Source of the DNA: Octopus sinensis | Lineage: Eukaryota | Assembly (NCBI RefSeq): GCF_006345805.1 | Contig: NW_021827543.1 | Coordinates: 1-28,833, forward strand | Reading direction: 5' to 3' | DNA length: 28,833 nucleotides | Shown here: piece by piece, positions 23,132 through 28,833 of the stretch | Layout: every line of letters begins with the position of its first letter | Position numbering within the stretch: the first letter of the stretch is position 1 | The notes under the pieces: generated by a model | The model's input: only the letters and a program-made list of their open reading frames with translations | Told to the model about the DNA's origin: nothing | Databases searched by the model: none | Translations under genes and position numbers: made by a program

Positions 23132-24499
23132 ATGAAAATATCGACTTTCCTTAGATGGATTGTGACAATTTATGGTTTAGCTATAACTGCTTTTGGTTAT
23201 TATTTTCTAATTAAACAAAAATGGCAATTAGAACAAAATTATGCAGATGGCAATCGGCTTATTTTCCGGAGGATAAATATTAACATATCAAAAAAGCGAA
23301 CAAGTGATTTGGATAAAACAAGATACAAAATCGACTGGCACGATTACCAAAAAATCTTATTGGATTCCTATAGGGAAGGACCTGGAGAACAGGGTAGACC
23401 CGTGGTGCTGAGTGCCGCAGAAAGAATAAACGAAGACCAGTTGTTTGCAGTGAATGGATTTAGTGGTGCGGTTAGTGATAAAATATCACTATACCGTTCT
23501 TTGAGAGACATTCGCCATCCGGATTGCAAGCATAAGAAATATCTGAAGAATTTACCAAAGGTGAGTGTCATAATTCCGTTTTATAATGAACACTGGACTA
23601 CATTGCTTCGCACTATATATGGAGTTTTGTGGAGGTCACCTCCAGAACTGATACAAGAGATCATTCTGGTGGATGATTTCAGCACCAAAAATCATAATAA
23701 AAAACCCTTGAGCGATTACGTGAGAGAAAACTTCGAGAAGGTCAAATTAATTCGCAACTATAAACGGGAGGGTTTGATACGGTCCCGACTTCAAGGGGCT
23801 AAAACAGCAAAAGCTGAAGTAATAGTGTTCCTCGATTCTCATGTGGAACCATCTGTGAATTGGCTTCCTCCTTTACTAGAACCAATTGTGTTGAATGAGA
23901 AAACTGTTGTATGTCCGTTTATTGATGTTATCGATCACACCACGTTTTCACAGTTTGCTCAGGATGAAGGAGCACGTGGAGCGTTTGACTGGAAACTTAA
24001 CTACAAACGTTTACCACGTCTGAAGGGAGATAAAATAGATCCCACTGAAACGTTTGAGAGCCCCGTGATGGCCGGTGGGTTGTTTGCAATGAATAAAACA
24101 TGGTTTTGGACATTAGGTGGTTACGACCCACATCTGGATATTCGTGGAGCTGAACAGTTTGAAATTTCGTTTAAGATTTGGTTGTGTGGTGGTCAAATAC
24201 TAGACGCGCCTTGCTCAAGAGTTGCTCATATATACCGCAAATTTATTCCTTATTCTTCAAGCGTAAAAGCGTATGGCGATTATCTATCACGGAATCACAA
24301 GAGGGTAGCTGAAGTCTGGATGGATGAATATAAGCAATACGTTTATAAAATGGAACCGAGTTTTAAACGTGTGGATGCAGGAAATATTTCGCAACAACTA
24401 GCTCTTCGCAAAAAGCTTCGTTGCAAATCATTCAGGTGGTTTCTTGAAGAAATTGCTTTTGATGTTGTTCAATATTATCCGATCGATGAAGAAAAATAG
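23132..24499 (+). CDS. GALNT10-like: Polypeptide N-acetylgalactosaminyltransferase, GALNT10/pgant6-like (GT27), 455 aa, single uninterrupted ORF, no C-terminal ricin-B lectin domain
   Basis: The first in-frame ATG is at 23132 (the track's start at 23093 is GTG). The N-terminal hydrophobic anchor (WIVTIYGLAITAFGYYFLI) indicates a type II Golgi protein. GALNT10-type motifs: DWHDY, GPGEQG, SDKISLYRSLRDIRHPDC, VSVIIPFYNE, EIILVDDFS, REGLIRSR, FLDSH (DxH at 23834-23842), RGAFDW, FESPVMAGGLF, PCSRVAHIYR, RVAEVWMDEY, CKSFRWF. The ORF ends YYPIDEEK*. Confidence 0.95.
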   Translation: MKISTFLRWIVTIYGLAITAFGYYFLIKQKWQLEQNYADGNRLIFRRININISKKRTSDLDKTRYKIDWHDYQKILLDSYREGPGEQGRPVVLSAAERINEDQLFAVNGFSGAVSDKISLYRSLRDIRHPDCKHKKYLKNLPKVSVIIPFYNEHWTTLLRTIYGVLWRSPPELIQEIILVDDFSTKNHNKKPLSDYVRENFEKVKLIRNYKREGLIRSRLQGAKTAKAEVIVFLDSHVEPSVNWLPPLLEPIVLNEKTVVCPFIDVIDHTTFSQFAQDEGARGAFDWKLNYKRLPRLKGDKIDPTETFESPVMAGGLFAMNKTWFWTLGGYDPHLDIRGAEQFEISFKIWLCGGQILDAPCSRVAHIYRKFIPYSSSVKAYGDYLSRNHKRVAEVWMDEYKQYVYKMEPSFKRVDAGNISQQLALRKKLRCKSFRWFLEEIAFDVVQYYPIDEEK

Positions 24500-24577
24500 A
24501 ACGATACAGAGAGAGGAATTTGAGTCATGATAATTTTTTTCATTGAGAGGAAGTTCTTACAAAAAACAAACACAAAA

Positions 24578-24657
24578 ATTAAATAAATATTAAACCGTTT
24601 CGTTCGACTGAGAAATGCATTAATTAGAAACATGAAAAATATTAATGATGAAATAAA
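24578..24657 (+). promoter_or_regulatory. Candidate polyadenylation signals of the GALNT gene
   Basis: ATTAAA/AATAAA at 24578-24587 and AATAAA at 24652-24657, 80-160 nt after the stop codon. The AT-rich context makes chance matches likely. Confidence 0.35.
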
Positions 24658-25009
24658 AAAGTTTGAAACTTAATTAGACGTGACACCAATTAGGGTCAGA
24701 AGAGATGACTATATGTTTATCAGAATGGAAAAATGTATTCTTTAACATGAGACGATTCTCAGAGAGATTTCTATTCTTGTTTATGCTTGTTTTTTTATTT
24801 TATTCTTTTGTTGCTTTTGTTTCGTTTGTGATTGCGACATCAAGAAATCTGTTCCAAAACTTACGTAACAAAGAAGAATTTACCCAACCAATGTCTGGAC
24901 AATGAACCATTCGTTTGTCGTACATTATTCAACTCTTTTCACTCTTTAGAATTGTTCAGTCGTGTGTGGCGGTTAGTAACCGAATATCTCAATAGGAAAT
25001 ACTAAGTTC

Positions 25010-25300
25010 GTCATCTTCATCGTCATCACCACCACCATCATCATCATCATCATCATCCTCATCATCATCGTCATCATCATCACCATCATCATCATCATTA
25101 TCATCATCATCATCATTACCACCACCACCACCACCACACCATGACCATCATCATCATCAACATCATCATATTCGTCATCGTCGTCGTCGTCGTCGCCACA
25201 ACCCTCTCCACGAGGACGACCACCACCACCACCACTACTACAAGAGCCAGCACCACTGTTACTATAGCCATGACATCACAACCACAACCATAACCATCAA
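25010..25300. repeat. (CAT)n/(CAC)n/(CGT)n microsatellite
   Basis: Seen directly. Confidence 0.95.
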
Positions 25301-26032
25301 CATAATTATAAAAAAACACGGTTACAGAATAGAAAGCAGAATACTGGAAGACATTTGACTCTAACTTAAATGAATAAACAAATAAAATAAATAAATAAAC
25401 AAACAAATAAAACAAAAGCTCAGTATATAATAATTTACAGTATCAAGTGTAACAACAGCTACGTCACACCGCATATGATTATTATAACAAGTTGAGCTAA
25501 GACTCATACACGCCAGTATAATACATTTATGAAACTTGTTTCCAAAATAAACCACCAAGACGCGCATATAAGAAAGCAAGATTAGTACATTCTACTAAGA
25601 CCACAAATTGACTATTTTCTTATAAGAAAACCAATTAAACTATCTAAGAATACGAAGGTCTCAGATCAACGTTACGTGATTATACAAAAAAAAAATTACT
25701 TCAGGTCTAAAGGAGGTTTGAACTCAGCAATAAATTCTGGAGTCTCGAAGCAAATCAGATTGTCGTTCAACTATCTAGAAATAGCTCCCAAATTTCTTTC
25801 TGGGCATACTCTACTATCTTATGGAAAGGAAGGGGACATTGGACAGTGTCGTATTGAGTACATTATAAAATCGTTTGAGTAGTCAAAGTTGGATGGAGCA
25901 CTTTTGGTCATAGATCCTGGGTGATCGGGGATTAAACTGGAGATAGTCAACAATTCACGTCAGTGTCAAACCACCCAGAATCTGGAAACCGGGTACAATT
26001 TTAAAACCAATCGACGCAGGATCACACAGAAT

Positions 26033-26457
26033 ACTCTTTTAGTCTTTTACTCTTTTACTCTCTTTTACTTGTTTCAGTCATTTGACTGCGGCCATGCTGG
26101 AGCACCGCCTTTAGTAGAGCAAATCGACCCCAGGACTTATTCTTTGTAAGCCCAGTACTTATTCTATCGGTCTCTTTTGCCGAGCCGCTAAGTTACGGGA
26201 CGTAAACACACCAGCATCGGTTGTCAAGCAATGCTAGGGGGACAAACACAGACACACAAACACACATACACACATATATATATATATATATATATAATCA
26301 TATATACGACAGGCTTCTTTCAGTTTCCGTCTACCAAATCCACTCACAAGGCATTGGTCGGCCCGGGGCTATAGCAGAAGACACTTGCCCAAGATGCCAC
26401 GCAGTGGGACTGAACCCGGAATCATGTGGTTGGTTAGCAAGCTAATTACCACACAGA
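26033..26457 (-). mobile_element. SINE family B
   Basis: Same head, core and tail as the other copies, with a (GAGTAAAA)n tail. Confidence 0.9.
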
Positions 26458-26828
26458 CCTTTCAATGCAAACCTTAAACAGTCCATGAGAAATTCAATTA
26501 TGCTATCACCAAATTATATCTGAACATTAGCAGGACTAGTCCCCACCCGTGCTTTCCCCACTCTCGCCTCCCCCACCTCCCAACAACATCACACCACACC
26601 ACACTACACCATACAACATTACACATCACATCACAATACACCACCCACACACCCATCCCCACATTTTCACACCTACACATACATACACGCACAGGTCCAG
26701 ACCACCAGCCCTCTTTCACACGCACATACATACTCTCTTATATATACACGCACCTTCGTGTTGGGTTCATCTTTACTTTGTTATCTCCCATACGTTCCTT
26801 CTCGTGTGTGATCCTTCTGTCTGGCAGT

Positions 26829-27025
26829 TGCCATGATAGATCGTTAGCCACTACACACATTTTTCTCTCCTTGTTTCTCTCCTTCTTTTTTCTGTGTCCC
26901 TTTCTGTAGAAGAGCGTACGCTCGAAACGTAAAAGACTTTTTCTATTCCTGAGCGTTATACTAATACACCTGTTTGTTTTGTACACCACTGTCTTTGTCT
27001 TTTGTTTTTTCGTAAACTCTTCTAT
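26829..27025 (+). repeat. Dispersed repeat family P1, copy 2, with hammerhead-like motif at 26896-26937
   Basis: Homologous to 17058-17280. Confidence 0.8.
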
Positions 27026-27029
27026 CTCC

Positions 27030-27109
<80 letters not shown>

Positions 27110-27113
<4 letters not shown>

Positions 27114-27385
27114 ATATTAAATGAAGAGAGTAAAGAATTTGAGCGTTCAAACTTTATGTTTATTTCCAGCCGGAATAAAAGTCCAACACGTGTTTCGATC
27201 GCACCAATCGCATATTGTTGCATATTCATATCCAGCGATTTATAAATGCATACATCACGGCATATGAATATGCAACAATATGCGACTGGTGCGAACGAAA
27301 CACGTGTCGGACGTTTATTGTAACTGGAAATATACATGAAGACTAAATGTTCAAATTCTTCATTCTCCTCATTTTGATATTGTAT
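27110..27385. repeat. Fold-back element F3, about 275 bp
   Basis: Imperfect arms of about 130 bp, for example TCGCATATTGTTGCATATTCATAT / ATATGAATATGCAACAATATGCGA. Adjacent to (TA)n. Confidence 0.9.
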
Positions 27386-27505
27386 TTTACACTCTAAATA
27401 GACAAGAAATAAACTGGAATATCAGATGAGAGCTGAAGATAGATTACCAAAAAACGCACCACGGGAAGGAACCAACATGGGCATTTTACGCACAGATATT
27501 CGATA

Positions 27506-27918
27506 TACTCTTTACTCTCTCTTTTACTCTTTTACTTGTTTCAGTCATTTGACTGTGGCCATGCTGGAGCACCGCCTTTAGTCGAGCATATCGACCCCGG
27601 GACTTATTCTTTGTAAGCCCAGTACTTATTCTATCGGTCTCTTTTGCCGAACCGCTAAGTGACGGGGACATAAACACACCAGCATCGGCTGTCAAGCAAT
27701 GCTAGGGAGACAAACACAGACATACAAATGCATACACACATACGTACATATATACGACAGGCTTCTTTCAGTTTCCGTCTACCAAATCCACTCACAAGGC
27801 ATTGGTCGGCCCGGGGCTATAGCAGAAGACATTTGCTCAAGATGCCACGCAGTGGGACTGAACCCAGAACCATGTGGTTGGTTAGCAAGCTACTTACCAC
27901 ACAGCCACTCCTGCGCCT
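27506..27918 (-). mobile_element. SINE family B, full length
   Basis: Head AGGCGCAGGAGTGGCTGTGTGG and (GAGTAAAA)n tail. Very similar to 26033-26457. Confidence 0.9.
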
Positions 27919-28123
27919 ATATATGCCTAAATATATATGCCTAAATATCATATTCCTCCTAGTTCAACTTTGCAGAAAACAAACGACCAAGACAGGTGTA
28001 TGAACAACAAGCACGTTTGTTCTCACTGTCCTGTTCTTGTTACCTCTTTCACCCTCCACAAAAAAATCCCAAATTTTATTTAACTTGCTTTGCGGGAAGG
28101 ACTGTTTCAAGGAAGTCGCGTAT

Positions 28124-28293
28124 TGTCCATGCCTTCGAACGCGGAGTAGATGAAACAGAGACAACTGAAGAAGGGGAATATTCTTTATGTTGTATGTCTC
28201 GTTTCTCTGTTTGTTTTTGTTTTGTTTTTGTTTTTATGTTTTCGTTTCTCAAAGTTTTCAACGTTTTTTGATGCCCTGTGCCCATATATGCAT
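28124..28293 (+). repeat. Dispersed repeat family P2, copy 2
   Basis: Homologous to 19336-19531. Confidence 0.8.
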
Positions 28294-28295
28294 GG

Positions 28296-28328
<33 letters not shown>

Positions 28329-28528
28329 TGTAGGTATATACATATATGTATATAAGCATATATTTATATATTATTTATATTATTATATGATCGAAAGCCT
28401 TTTCCAAGTAAGAGAGAAAGAGAGAGGGAAAACAGACAGATGAGAATGAGGGAGAAAGAGAAAAAGGCAGACAGTTGTGTGGGTGTGTGTGTGTGGTATT
28501 GTACATATATATATATATAATATAATCC

Positions 28529-28580
28529 GGCGGTGTCTCCCGCATGGCCGCAGTAACATGACTGAAACAAGAATAAAGAA
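28529..28580 (+). mobile_element. SINE family B 3' tail fragment
   Basis: GGCGGTGTCTCCCGCATGGCCGCAGT...ATGACTGAAACAAG. Confidence 0.7.
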
Positions 28581-28833
28581 ATTATATATATATGCATATA
28601 TATATATATATATATATATATCTATATATAATGCATATATATATGTGTTTGGTGTTGTGTTGTGTGTATGTATGTATGTAGGTATGTGTGTAATGTATAT
28701 CTATACTGTATCCGTATTTAGAACTAAACTGATCGATGTAACTTTTCCATCTACTTCTCTCTCTCTCCCTCCTTCTTCTTCTCTCTCCTCCCCCTCTTCC
28801 CTCCCTTATATACAAAGGGAGAGTGAAAGACAG

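Noticed and set aside
23368-23571. Antisense 67-aa ORF within GALNT
   Set aside because: A shadow ORF with no independent support.
24497-24523. A-to-I stop read-through restoring a lectin domain
   Set aside because: TAG to TGG would add only WNDTERGI before a TGA.

Overview
Eukaryotic, AT-rich DNA saturated with microsatellites. The SINE families look like those of Octopus (coleoid cephalopod; inferred from remembered repeat sequences, not searched). There is one convincing gene: an uninterrupted GALNT10/pgant6-like polypeptide GalNAc-transferase ORF (23132-24499, +). It stops exactly where the ricin lectin domain should begin and has WGGEQ changed to RGAEQ. The rest is two decayed mariner fragments, at least four tRNA-derived SINE families (two insertions with visible target-site duplications), tandem duplications and simple repeats. 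There is also a candidate 28-nt microexon. The most unusual signal is a set of small elements, several of them fold-back and mostly flanked by (TA)n, from several unrelated families. Each carries a minimal type I hammerhead-ribozyme-like motif with a palindromic helix III, as in Penelope-like elements. One family has a G3-C8 compensatory swap of the catalytic core. Nearly all other ORFs in the track are microsatellite artefacts.
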